In this document: in pieces, positions 50,898 through 59,187 of the stretch
How the letters are laid out: every line of letters starts with the position of its first letter
Numbering within the stretch: the stretch's first letter is position 1
Sequence record: PQ488502.1
Reading direction: 5' to 3' (one strand)
From: Escherichia phage BUCT632
DNA length: 64,000 nucleotides
Program-made: the position numbers and the translations under genes
The notes under the pieces: generated by a model
Database searches by the model: none
What the model saw: only the letters and a program-made list of their open reading frames with translations
What the model was told of the DNA's origin: nothing

Positions 50898-51347
50898 ATG
50901 AAGGCAGCTTTGCTTTTAGTAGCTGCCCTTACCTTCAGCTTTAGTAGTCAGGCATCGCACGATGCAAAAGAAATAGATTGCATTGCTAAAAATATCTATT
51001 TCGAGAGTCGTGGTGAGGGCATAAAGGGAATGACGGCGATTGCACATGTTACTAAAAACCGTGTAAACTCCGGTAAATTCCCAGATTCCTACTGTAAAGT
51101 AGTATATCAGTCTAACCAGTTCTCTTGGGTATCTAAGAGACCAAAAGTTGATAAAACCGATGAGGCTTGGCAAACAGCCAAGAATTTAGCTAGAGTGATA
51201 TACTACGTTGATTTACCACAAGATCCTACACATGGAGCACTATACTTCCATAGTGGTAAAGATAAACCTTATTGGACAAAGAAGTTTAAGAAAACAACTA
51301 AGATTAAGGGACATACGTTTTATAAACCTGTTGTCACTAAAACTTAA
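50898..51347 (+). CDS. SleB-like cell-wall hydrolase with signal peptide
   Basis: Signal peptide MKAALLLVAALTFSFSSQA; hydrolase_2-type motifs NIYFESRGE, GMTAIAHVTKNRV, CKVVYQSNQFSW; start taken at ATG 50898. Confidence 0.6.
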   Translation: MKAALLLVAALTFSFSSQASHDAKEIDCIAKNIYFESRGEGIKGMTAIAHVTKNRVNSGKFPDSYCKVVYQSNQFSWVSKRPKVDKTDEAWQTAKNLARVIYYVDLPQDPTHGALYFHSGKDKPYWTKKFKKTTKIKGHTFYKPVVTKT

Positions 51348-51355
51348 AAATTTAC

Positions 51356-51384
51356 TTGCTTAAATACTTAAATTTCTGTATAAT
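51356..51384 (+). promoter_or_regulatory. Promoter (TTGCTT-N17-TATAAT)
   Basis: -35 at 51356-51361, -10 at 51379-51384. Confidence 0.65.
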
Positions 51385-51415
51385 ACTTCCATAAACTAAT
51401 GAGAGGAAGCGAAAT

Positions 51416-51586
51416 ATGAAATCAGTTGTAATTATTGGTGTTAACACTCGCGGTATTCGTACTACGAAAACTGTTAAAACATCTAACGTGGCTGAAATTA
51501 CTACTAACCCTAAAAAGTTTGATTTCGCCAAAGTCTCGGCAGTTATGACAGAACAATCTTTTAACCAAGCGTTAGGAATGAAATAA
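51416..51586 (+). CDS. Hypothetical small protein (56 aa), below the ORF-track cutoff
   Basis: ATG after RBS GAGAGGAAG; stop overlaps the next start (TAATG). Confidence 0.45.
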   Translation: MKSVVIIGVNTRGIRTTKTVKTSNVAEITTNPKKFDFAKVSAVMTEQSFNQALGMK

Positions 51587-52029
51587 TGGAAGAGAATATT
51601 TTAGATGTTTTGCGTAGAGCTTTGCAGGATTCTAAGTTTAATGGTTCTGATAAAGAAGTCGCTAAAAGCTACCAGACCATAATCGGGGATCTTCAGCGTA
51701 TTGATAAAGATTTCATCACTTCTGAACAATTTGTGTCTTATCTCAAAGCTCAACTAAAAAGCATTAACCAGATGAAAGCTAAACTTCATGGTCGAGATCT
51801 TGATAGCTATAGCTTACAGTCTGCTCAGTATGAATACATTCTAAATAAGTGGTTGCAGGAGTATCTGCCTCCTCAGTTATCTGATACTGAGATTCGTAAA
51901 TACTTTGCAGAATTAGTTAAGCTAAACCCTGGAATTACAAAGGGTATGCTGATGAAAGCGATTAAGGAAGAATTTCCTGGGCGTTATGATGGTGGTACTG
52001 CTGCTCAGATTGCTGGCGAATTTAATTAA
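51586..52029 (+). CDS. GatB/YqeY-domain protein
   Basis: 147 aa; ...LQEYLPPQLSDTEIRKYF...KGMLMKAIKEEFPGRYDGGTAAQIAGEF matches the YqeY-type pattern. Confidence 0.55.
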   Translation: MEENILDVLRRALQDSKFNGSDKEVAKSYQTIIGDLQRIDKDFITSEQFVSYLKAQLKSINQMKAKLHGRDLDSYSLQSAQYEYILNKWLQEYLPPQLSDTEIRKYFAELVKLNPGITKGMLMKAIKEEFPGRYDGGTAAQIAGEFN

Positions 52030-52037
52030 AAATTCAT

Positions 52038-52066
52038 TTGCTAAATGCTTATAAATTCTGTATAAT
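52038..52066 (+). promoter_or_regulatory. Promoter (TTGCTA-N17-TATAAT) driving an ORF-free region and the first tRNA
   Basis: -35 at 52038-52043, -10 at 52061-52066. Confidence 0.65.
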
Positions 52067-52074
52067 ATATTCAT

Positions 52075-52863
52075 AAATTAGGGAACAGCGAGCCGATTAC
52101 GCTGAGTGCAGAATCCCAACCGGAGCGCATTGAATAGAGTCGGTGGGTTAGTTGTAAAACTAGTACACAGGGGGCGGCAATCCCGGTTAGTGGCTAGAAC
52201 GTGTAAAATGAGGCGTCTGAAACCTCTCCCCTAAACTCTTCTCTAATTTATAAATAGTGGGGTGTGGAAATCACTTATGTAGTAACACTGCCGTCCTAGT
52301 ATAATTGGTATTATCAAGCCGTAACTGGTGGAAGATGTAGGTTCGAATCCTACGGTCGGTAAGAACTGGATAACTGATGCTTTTAACGTAAAAGCTTCCG
52401 AGGTTAGTTGCGCACTGCCTAAACCACGCGGTAGTTGGTTCCAGACTAACCAACCAGTCTGCTGAATAGTTTTATTACGATTTAACTATGTCCAGGCTAA
52501 AGAAGAACTTTAGAAGGTATTCTAGGATAGTGAAGTTCTTTCTCCATATCGGAGTAGTTTTTCAAGCTATCCACAAAGTGGGAAATGCTGACATGAGAGA
52601 TGTCACTAATGGTGCACAATAGCACAGGTAATTCGCGATAACTCCTGTTGAGTAGCAGCAAAAGGCGGGAAGTCATGACCCCAAGCCTAACCGAGTCCTC
52701 AATATACCGCAGGATATAACCACTAAGTCACCCTGACTTAAACTGGAAAATAATAGACGTTACCGTATTTTGTCTTGAAATACTTAATGAGTGAGACTTA
52801 TGACTCTCCCGGTATCGTCTGTATTTTTAAGAGTTTTTACGAGAGTTCTTAAAAATACTTAAA
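52075..52863 (+). ncRNA. ORF-free transcribed region with tRNA-like T-arm hairpin (candidate structured stable RNA or precursor leader)
   Basis: About 790 nt without an ORF of 60 aa or more, downstream of a strong promoter; canonical T-arm GTAGG-TTCGAAT-CCTAC at 52337-52353 without a foldable cloverleaf. Confidence 0.3.
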
Positions 52864-52938
52864 CGGGGTGTAGTCTAAGGGAGAGGCAGGAGTCTTCTAA
52901 ATTCCTTTATGCAGGTTCGAATCCTGTCACCTCGGCCA
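52864..52938 (+). tRNA. tRNA-Arg (anticodon TCT)
   Basis: Hand fold: acceptor CGGGGTG/CACCTCG, anticodon loop CTTCTAA, T-arm GCAGG-TTCGAAT-CCTGT, encoded CCA. Confidence 0.7.
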
Positions 52939-52972
52939 ATTTTATTAACTGTAACTAAAACAAAGGAAACAT

Positions 52973-53920
52973 ATGTTTAATACTAAAAATATGAAAGAAC
53001 TGACTTCTGAGCAGAAAGTAATTCGTACTATTAAACGTTGGGGTATTGGTGCTGTAGTTGGTTTAGCAGGCTTGATTCTAGCTTTTAATTCATATACTAT
53101 TGTTTCTGATGGTACGGTTAAAACCCAAACATTCCTGGGTAAAGTAGATCCTAATCCAGTATTGCCTGGTTTCCATCTTGTAAATCCGTTTGCATCTTTC
53201 GATACTTTTAGTACAAAAGATATTGCTGTAAAATTAGATAAACTTCAGGTTCCTAGCCAGGATAAGTTTAAATCCACTGTTGACCTGACTGTTATGTTGC
53301 AGTTTGATGGTTCTAAGGCACCGATTAACCGTATTAACGCAGGTACTCAGGATCAGGCACTAGACAAGTATGTAACTGAAAAATTATTGTCTACTATTCG
53401 TGAGTTTGGTAAGTCTGTACCTAAAGCACAAGATTTGTTTGATGCTAAAATTCAGGCTCAATTACAAACTGCAATTCAACAGGAAGTTGAAGAGTATGCA
53501 CGCCCATATGGTTACACAGTTAAGCAGGTGTTCCTTCAGGATATTACTCTGCCACCAGTAATCATGGAGCAGGTACAGAATACCAAAGTTCGTGAAGAGC
53601 AAGTTAATGCTGCGAAAGCTGAACTGGCTCGTGTTGAACAGGAAGCACAGCAGAAGGTTAAACAAGCAGAAGCAGATCGTGAAGCTCGTAATAACCAAGC
53701 TATTGCTAATGAACGTGACGCAGATGCTAAACTGTATGCAGCTAAGAAAGAAGCTGAAGCTAACGCCGCACTGCAACGTACCATTACTCCTGAGATGATT
53801 CGTTGGAAACAACTGGAAGTTGAAATGATTCGTGCTCAGAAATATCAAGGTGGTGTACCGCAGACTGTGGTTGGCACTGGCTATGATGGCCAAATGATTA
53901 TGGATATGCGTAATAAATAA
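52973..53920 (+). CDS. SPFH/band-7 (prohibitin/HflC-like) membrane protein
   Basis: N-terminal transmembrane segment (WGIGAVVGLAGLILAF), band-7-like core, C-terminal Ala/Glu/Gln-rich coiled coil. Confidence 0.6.
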   Translation: MFNTKNMKELTSEQKVIRTIKRWGIGAVVGLAGLILAFNSYTIVSDGTVKTQTFLGKVDPNPVLPGFHLVNPFASFDTFSTKDIAVKLDKLQVPSQDKFKSTVDLTVMLQFDGSKAPINRINAGTQDQALDKYVTEKLLSTIREFGKSVPKAQDLFDAKIQAQLQTAIQQEVEEYARPYGYTVKQVFLQDITLPPVIMEQVQNTKVREEQVNAAKAELARVEQEAQQKVKQAEADREARNNQAIANERDADAKLYAAKKEAEANAALQRTITPEMIRWKQLEVEMIRAQKYQGGVPQTVVGTGYDGQMIMDMRNK

Positions 53921-53938
53921 TACCCGCATGTAACATCT

Positions 53939-54035
53939 GAAGTAAGCCCTGCGTTCCCTGGAGAGCGCAGGGTTTTTCTGTATTTAAGATAAAAGAAAAG
54001 CCCCTAAGTCTTTCGACTAGGGGCTTTATTGTTTG
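53939..54035. terminator. Two terminator hairpins between convergent genes
   Basis: CCCTGCG...CGCAGGG+TTTTT and CCCCTAG...CTAGGGG+TTTATTGTTT. Confidence 0.6.
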
Positions 54036-54244
54036 GTTCTTTAGAACCATATACTCTTATTACAGCAACCACCCATACGGGAGGCCAATCTTGACTGAAA
54101 ATCTACTCTAGGGGGCAGGATAAGAGTAGGCTTAAAGGCAAACGGATTGAACGCCGGTATTTGCGTAAACATTGCTGGAGAGCAACAACGTGCTACAGGC
54201 ATTGGGCAGCACGAAACAGATTTTCTGCAACACATAATTCCTCC

Positions 54245-54661
54245 TTAGGAGTTATTACCACCATTTTGAGCTTTTGCAACTTGGCTTTGGCAGAAGCTAT
54301 TAAACTTACCCATAAGTGATACAAGCTGTTTCCCATCCTCTGTCTTTGCGAAGTCTTCGAAAAGGGCTAGTACTGCCTGTCCTTCCGCAGAAACCTGCGA
54401 TTGTTGGGTTTGTTGCTGAACTTGCTGCTGCGGCACCTGTTGCTGCATTTGTTGAGGCATTTGCGACTGCCCGCTCATTTGCTGCATCATTTGTATAGGA
54501 CTCACACTTCCAGGGTTTTGCTGGAGTTGTTGCTGCATCTGTTGCGCTTCTGCTAAACGCTGTTGCAATTGTTGTAAGTAGGGGTTATCCAGACCCGGAA
54601 TGGGCTGCTGGGAGCCCATACTTTGATTAAGTCCGTTATTTACAAAACCATATTTACTCAT
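54245..54661 (-). CDS. Gln-rich hypothetical protein
   Basis: 138 aa with long Q/M-rich low-complexity region; RBS GGAGGAG upstream. Confidence 0.5.
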   Translation of the reverse strand: MSKYGFVNNGLNQSMGSQQPIPGLDNPYLQQLQQRLAEAQQMQQQLQQNPGSVSPIQMMQQMSGQSQMPQQMQQQVPQQQVQQQTQQSQVSAEGQAVLALFEDFAKTEDGKQLVSLMGKFNSFCQSQVAKAQNGGNNS

Positions 54662-54682
54662 AATGGGCTCCTCCCCTTAATA

Positions 54683-55672
54683 TTAAGCCGGCAGTTTAGC
54701 CTGCAGACCAGCCAGAGTCTGAGTGATAGCACCAAGACTTAAAGCGATTTGATTAATTACCTGACCGTTAGCACCGCTACCTGCAGCGATTGCTTCACGT
54801 AGGCGACATGCATCTAACTCATCCTGGATACGCGCAGTAGTTACACCAGCGATCGCAGTCTGAAGTTCACAGCAACATTCAGCGATCTGACGTTCCAGAG
54901 AGTTCTGGTTAGCACACATCTGAGCCTGAACAGCGGCAAACTGGTTATTAGTTTGTAAAGTCTGCTGGAAAGCGATCTGTGCAGAATCAAACTTATCTTG
55001 TGCACGAGCTATCTGGTTAGCTGCGAAAGATTGATCAATCTGGCGAGAAAGATCGAACTGACCCTGAATAACGTTGCGAGTTTCCTGGCAGATCTGATTA
55101 GATAGATTAGCACCTGTACCATAGATCGTAGTTAGTACAGACTGAGTATCACGGCTCTGGTTTTGGGATGTCTGGCTAAAACCATTGTTAACTGCGCTTA
55201 AAACAGCTCCAGTACCCTGGTTAGCTTCTGTACGAGTAGTGTTAATAGCTGCTAGAATACTAGCGGTATCTTGGTTCTGAAGTACTGCATCAACTGCGGT
55301 ACCTTCACCAACTACACCACGTCCACCGAATCCACCGAAACCACCGAATCCGCCTGTTAATAGAGCACCGATTAGGATAGCTCCGAATAGTCCCATACCT
55401 TCACCACCGAAAGCACCTGCGTTTGCTGGGTAACCACCCAGTAGGCCAGGGAAGCCACTAGTGAATACGTTTACTGGTTCTTGCATTTTATGTTTTCCAT
55501 ATTTATGACAATGTTCATCATCATCTTCTTCATCATCTTCATCGTGTTCGCGATGTTTCTCTTCGTAGGCTCTGACCTTCTCCCACTTTTTCTTATCTGA
55601 TTCCTCGTGACGGTGCAGTTCTGCTGCAACGCTAGCGACGGTCTCAGGACTCTTAGCTACTTCTTCTGTCAT
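54683..55672 (-). CDS. Hypothetical protein with acidic His/Asp/Glu stretch, Gly-rich GGFGGFGGFGG segment and Gln/Asn-rich helical C-terminus
   Basis: Start taken at ATG 55672 after RBS AGGAGGTG (ORF track extends to 55732). Confidence 0.5.
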   Translation of the reverse strand: MTEEVAKSPETVASVAAELHRHEESDKKKWEKVRAYEEKHREHDEDDEEDDDEHCHKYGKHKMQEPVNVFTSGFPGLLGGYPANAGAFGGEGMGLFGAILIGALLTGGFGGFGGFGGRGVVGEGTAVDAVLQNQDTASILAAINTTRTEANQGTGAVLSAVNNGFSQTSQNQSRDTQSVLTTIYGTGANLSNQICQETRNVIQGQFDLSRQIDQSFAANQIARAQDKFDSAQIAFQQTLQTNNQFAAVQAQMCANQNSLERQIAECCCELQTAIAGVTTARIQDELDACRLREAIAAGSGANGQVINQIALSLGAITQTLAGLQAKLPA

Positions 55673-55879
55673 TTTTTGACACCTCCTAGTATATAGAAAA
55701 TGTGTGTCTCTTTGATCACTCATCCATAACATATACTTTACACTACCCCAGCGAAAATGTCAAGGGGTCTTTAAAAATTGCCCCCGGATTTTTAGTGGGG
55801 TCACAAATTTTGGTCCTCACCACTTATCTGCTACCCTTAAGTGCCCTATGATTTTCCTCTAAAAAGTTAAAAAATTTGA

Positions 55880-55908
55880 TTGCTTGAATGCTAAATTCTC
55901 TGTATAAT
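55880..55908 (+). promoter_or_regulatory. Promoter (TTGCTT-N17-TATAAT)
   Basis: -35 at 55880-55885, -10 at 55903-55908. Confidence 0.65.
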
Positions 55909-55938
55909 ATATCTATAAATTTGAGAGAGGAACCAAAT

Positions 55939-56457
55939 ATGAATGTTGATGAGCTAACACAGCACCTCTTATCTAGAGGATTTGATACAGATAAATATCA
56001 TTGCTGGTTAAGTCCGGAAGGGTGGCTAACAGTCCCGTTGTATGATTTCTCTGGAATGTTGAGGGGCTATCAAACTTATAATCCTTCTGCTCCAAAAGGT
56101 CATGGTAAGTGCCCATTTGAAGCTAAATACTTTACTTATTCTACTACACAGTGTGTATGGGGACTAGAAACTCTCAATGGAGATGAAAAAGTAGTATTGA
56201 TCGCTGAATCTGTATTTAAGGCAGTTGCGTTACATAATGCGGGTTATCCAGCCCTGGCAATGTTGGGTTCTTCTCCAGGAAAAGCGTTATTAAAGCAACT
56301 GAAATTACTACCTTTTAAATTGGTAGCTGTTGGAGACAATGATCCCGATGGTGAAAAATTTGCTAGACAATTAAATGGATTTGTTTCTCCTGTAGATGTA
56401 GATGAGATGTCTACCGAAAACTTGAAAAATTTTCTTGCTATGAAGCTAAATTTCTAA
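55939..56457 (+). CDS. Small Toprim-domain protein
   Basis: About 172 aa; ...VVLIAESVFKAVALHNAGYPALAMLGSS...LVAVGDNDPDGEKFARQL resembles a Toprim fold (conserved E and DxD). Confidence 0.5.
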   Translation: MNVDELTQHLLSRGFDTDKYHCWLSPEGWLTVPLYDFSGMLRGYQTYNPSAPKGHGKCPFEAKYFTYSTTQCVWGLETLNGDEKVVLIAESVFKAVALHNAGYPALAMLGSSPGKALLKQLKLLPFKLVAVGDNDPDGEKFARQLNGFVSPVDVDEMSTENLKNFLAMKLNF

Positions 56458-56463
56458 TATAAT
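56435..56463 (+). promoter_or_regulatory. Promoter (TTGCTA-N17-TATAAT) embedded in the 3' end of the Toprim ORF
   Basis: -35 at 56435-56440, -10 at 56458-56463. Confidence 0.6.
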
Positions 56464-56478
56464 ATATCTTATAAATTC

Positions 56479-56567
56479 GGAAGAATAGCATAACGGTATT
56501 GCAGCAGATTGCTAATCTGTCGGTTTGAAATATAGCCTTGTGGGTTCGATTCCCACTTCTTCCGCCA
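56479..56567 (+). tRNA. tRNA-Ser (anticodon GCT), type II
   Basis: Acceptor GGAAGAA/TTCTTCC, anticodon loop TTGCTAA, long variable arm, T-arm GTGGG-TTCGATT-CCCAC, CCA. Confidence 0.7.
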
Positions 56568-56573
56568 GATTTT

Positions 56574-56651
56574 GGTTCTCAAGCTCATATGGTATGAGCA
56601 CCCGGCTCATAACCGGAAGGTACGTAGGTTCGAATCCTCGGGGAGCCACCA
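56574..56651 (+). tRNA. tRNA with CAT anticodon (Met or Ile2), weak T-stem
   Basis: Acceptor GGTTCTC/GGGAGCC, D-arm GCTC...GAGC, anticodon loop CTCATAA, TTCGAAT T-loop with only 3 T-stem pairs, CCA. Confidence 0.45.
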
Positions 56652-56669
56652 ATTAAATAGAGGTCACAA

Positions 56670-56858
56670 ATGGATCTATATATAGTTTATGTTGTGTTTA
56701 TTCAAGATAGAGAATACCCGGGTGAATATAAAAAAGGATATAGGTTAGCCAGAGCTACCTCTGAAGCCCAAGCTATGGATAAAGTGGCGGATTATATGAT
56801 TACAGTAGAAAACGTACACTATATCGACTACCTTGAAGCCTCAAAAGTAATTGACTAA
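56670..56858 (+). CDS. Hypothetical small protein
   Basis: 62-aa ORF with RBS. Confidence 0.45.
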   Translation: MDLYIVYVVFIQDREYPGEYKKGYRLARATSEAQAMDKVADYMITVENVHYIDYLEASKVID

Positions 56859-56865
56859 ACTACAC

Positions 56866-56942
56866 GGGGGTGTAATCGAATTGGCATAGGTACTGGACTT
56901 AAAATTCAGGTTTTGTGGGTTCGAATCCCACCACCCCTACCA
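56866..56942 (+). tRNA. tRNA-Leu (anticodon TAA) with short variable loop
   Basis: Acceptor GGGGGTG/CACCCCT, Leu-type D-loop GAATTGGCATA, anticodon loop CTTAAAA, 5-nt variable loop, T-arm GTGGG-TTCGAAT-CCCAC, A73, CCA. Confidence 0.55.
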
Positions 56943-56957
56943 AATTAAGGAAATAAG

Positions 56958-57125
56958 ATGTATAGACATCCACCTCCGCCAACACGTCGTTCTAGGGAAG
57001 TCGTCCTTATGGAATTGACTAAAAACTTCAAGGCAACTCTTGAAGATAGAGATCTGGGCACGGATGAAGACATTGATTTTATTTGTAGACTATTAAAGAT
57101 GAAACTGGAGAAACAACATGGCTAA
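56958..57125 (+). CDS. Hypothetical small protein (55 aa), below the ORF-track cutoff
   Basis: ATG after RBS AAGGAAA. Confidence 0.4.
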   Translation: MYRHPPPPTRRSREVVLMELTKNFKATLEDRDLGTDEDIDFICRLLKMKLEKQHG

Positions 57126-57324
57126 TCCTGAAATTACCGCACAACGTTTCATGCTTAAAGGCATGATTGCTGAGGCAGGTATAACTCAAGAGGTTGCAGA
57201 TTTTCATAAGCAATTTCTTGACATTATAACTCTAGCTAAAGAGACTGGAGAAAAAGAACATGGAGCGGCAATTATGGCTATATCTCTTATTAGTCTAGAC
57301 TTGGCTGAAGAATCTGGAGTTTAG
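57118..57324 (+). CDS. Hypothetical small protein
   Basis: 68-aa ORF. Confidence 0.45.
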   Translation: MANPEITAQRFMLKGMIAEAGITQEVADFHKQFLDIITLAKETGEKEHGAAIMAISLISLDLAEESGV

Positions 57325-57354
57325 CTCCTCCAAACAGAATTTTTAAAAATGTAC

Positions 57355-57384
57355 TTGCCTTTTGCTTTAAATTTCTGATATAAT
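57355..57384 (+). promoter_or_regulatory. Promoter (TTGCCT-N18-TATAAT)
   Basis: -35 at 57355-57360, -10 at 57379-57384. Confidence 0.6.
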
Positions 57385-57414
57385 AGTTATATAAATTGAT
57401 GAAGGAGTTAACGA

Positions 57415-57690
57415 ATGCAAAATCGTGTTATAGCTGCTGGTATTGAAAGTGCAATCTGTAAATCCTGGGAAGGCTGGGAAGGTGAGATTGAATGGCTTTA
57501 TTTCTACGATGTAGAACTTCTGCCGGAAATTAAAGCTAAATGTATTGAAGCTGGCATGGCTCCAGATGCAAAAGCTGATATTGATATTTCAATGTCTGAA
57601 CTTAAAGGTCGTGTAATCACTGTTAGTGATGAGGGCGAAGAAGTTTTTGAACTTCCATTCTCCTTAACTGTCACTCCTAAGTTCGACTAA
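57415..57690 (+). CDS. Hypothetical small acidic protein
   Basis: 91-aa ORF with RBS GAAGGAG. Confidence 0.5.
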   Translation: MQNRVIAAGIESAICKSWEGWEGEIEWLYFYDVELLPEIKAKCIEAGMAPDAKADIDISMSELKGRVITVSDEGEEVFELPFSLTVTPKFD

Positions 57691-57726
57691 CTAATACAGC
57701 ATTGGGCAAGTTCTTTAAAATTTGAC

Positions 57727-57755
57727 TTGCTCAGTGCCTTAAAACTTGATATAAT
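57727..57755 (+). promoter_or_regulatory. Promoter (TTGCTC-N17-TATAAT)
   Basis: -35 at 57727-57732, -10 at 57750-57755. Confidence 0.6.
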
Positions 57756-57879
57756 AGTTATCTAATTTGGAAACATATCTGAATGAGAAGTAATTAGGCG
57801 AGTTGCTTTTAGGGGTAAAGTCAGGAAATCCTGAAATATTCCACCTTGAGTTTAACCGACTTACTTTTCATTCAAATAT

Positions 57880-57960
57880 GGGGGATTGGCTCAGCGGCGA
57901 CGGCGCCTGGCTGTAGACCGGGTATATCACGCGGAGGTTCGAGTCCTCCATCCCCCACCA
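57880..57960 (+). tRNA. tRNA-Tyr (anticodon GTA)
   Basis: Acceptor GGGGGAT/ATCCCCC, 3-bp D-stem, anticodon loop CTGTAGA, 10-nt variable region, T-arm GGAGG-TTCGAGT-CCTCC, CCA. Confidence 0.7.
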
Positions 57961-57978
57961 AATTACTAAGGAAGTAAT

Positions 57979-58524
57979 ATGCACAATAAGTTAATAAATG
58001 AGCTTCAAAAAAGACAGATAATAACAAAAACTAAGGAGTTTGATATAACTCCAGATTTAATAGTTGAATGCTCGAAAGTTTACTTAGAGTTAAGTAATAC
58101 AAAGGCTAAGAAAGTCTCCTTAGGAGATCTTAGATATAATGTTAAACTATTGTGCTTATCCTTAATTAAATTTAAGCAAAAAAATAAACTTCCCATAAAA
58201 GAAGGCTTCATATATTTTATAGCAAATAAGGCCTGGCCCAATTATTTTAAGATTGGTATGTCAGCTAACCCAAAGAAACGCTTAGCAAACTATCAAACAT
58301 ATAGCCCTTTTAGGGACTATACAATGCTACACTGGTCTTTCTGGTTTGATAGAAAGGAAGGCAAAAAGTTTGTCCATAGCCTCTATCAAGATAGGGATCA
58401 TGAATGGGTTAAGTTGCCTCGAAGAAAACTAAATAAAATATTTGAACAAATTAATAAACTTTCTGGCTTGGAACATTTAGTACAGAAAGTTAATAAAGAA
58501 ATAGTTAATGCACCTATCGTCTAA
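57979..58524 (+). mobile_element. T5orf172/GIY-YIG-like domain protein gene (putative homing-endonuclease-like element)
   Basis: GFIYFIANKAWPNYFKIGMSANPKKRLANYQT matches the T5orf172-type motif; AT-rich codon usage; 3' end overlaps the start of tRNA-Glu by 15 nt. Confidence 0.6.
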
Positions 58525-58584
58525 TGGTTAGGACATCAGGATTTCAATCTGAGAATCGGAGTTCAATTCTCCGTGGGTGTACCA
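58510..58584 (+). tRNA. tRNA-Glu (anticodon TTC)
   Basis: Acceptor GCACCTA/TGGGTGT, D-stem GTCT/GGAC, anticodon loop ATTTCAA, T-arm CGGAG-TTCAATT-CTCCG, CCA. Confidence 0.6.
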
Positions 58585-58592
58585 ATTTCTGC

Positions 58593-58669
58593 ATTCCTAG
58601 AGTGTTACTGGACAGCATGTCGGTCTCCAAAACCGTACGGTCTAGGTTCGAGTCCTAGTAGGTTTGCCA
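58593..58669 (+). tRNA. tRNA-Trp-like (anticodon CCA) with two U-U mismatches in the acceptor stem
   Basis: Anticodon arm TCGGT-CTCCAAA-ACCGT, T-arm CTAGG-TTCGAGT-CCTAG, acceptor ATTCCTA/TAGGTTT (5 of 7 pairs), CCA. Confidence 0.45.
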
Positions 58670-58675
58670 AAATTT

Positions 58676-58750
58676 GCACCTTTAGCTGAGATGGATTAGC
58701 GCTTGCCTGAAGAGCTTGAGAGGTTCGTTCGATACGAACAGGGTGCACCA
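58676..58750 (+). tRNA. tRNA-Phe-like (anticodon GAA), imperfect anticodon stem
   Basis: Acceptor GCACCTT/AGGGTGC, D-stem GCTG/TAGC, anticodon loop CTGAAGA, T-arm GTTCG-TTCGATA-CGAAC, CCA. Confidence 0.45.
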
Positions 58751-58767
58751 AATTGAAGGAGCTGCTG

Positions 58768-59040
58768 ATGCATCCTGAAAACTTCTTTATTTACTGCGCG
58801 GATAAGTCGCTGAAACGTAGAATTAACAAAGTCTATCATTATCGTGCTAGTCAACAGCCTTATGTATACGCTTTTGACGGTGATCACATTCCACTAGAAC
58901 AATTATCTTGTGATTACATGATATTGAAGAACTTTGACGAGACGAAGATCTCAAGCGTTCATAATCGACAGAATCCATTAACGTGGAAATATAAGAAGAA
59001 AAAGAAAGGCATCAAATTCTTAAAAAATGTAGTTGCTTAG
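58768..59040 (+). CDS. Hypothetical protein
   Basis: About 90 aa from ATG 58768 after RBS GAAGGAG. Confidence 0.5.
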   Translation: MHPENFFIYCADKSLKRRINKVYHYRASQQPYVYAFDGDHIPLEQLSCDYMILKNFDETKISSVHNRQNPLTWKYKKKKKGIKFLKNVVA

Positions 59041-59061
59041 TTTCCAAAAGTTCTGTATAAT
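59033..59061 (+). promoter_or_regulatory. Promoter (TTGCTT-N17-TATAAT)
   Basis: -35 at 59033-59038, -10 at 59056-59061. Confidence 0.6.
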
Positions 59062-59109
59062 AATTACATAAATTGAACTGGAGAAGCAACATGACAGAAC
59101 AAGATAAAT

Positions 59110-59185
59110 CGACCGTTGGCTGAATGGCTTAGGCGAAGGATTGCAAATCCTTTTTATGTGAGTTCAAATCTCATGCGGTCGTCCA
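59110..59185 (+). tRNA. tRNA-Cys (anticodon GCA)
   Basis: Acceptor CGACCGT/GCGGTCG, anticodon arm AAGGA-TTGCAAA-TCCTT, T-arm GTGAG-TTCAAAT-CTCAT, CCA. Confidence 0.65.
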
Positions 59186-59187
59186 AT

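Noticed and set aside
52271-52453. 60-aa minus-strand ORF in the tRNA leader region
   Set aside because: No RBS or promoter, lies antisense within a plus-strand transcribed tRNA-like region
53462-53929. 155-aa minus-strand ORF overlapping the SPFH gene
   Set aside because: Antisense to the well-supported SPFH-like CDS; hydrophobic low-complexity translation
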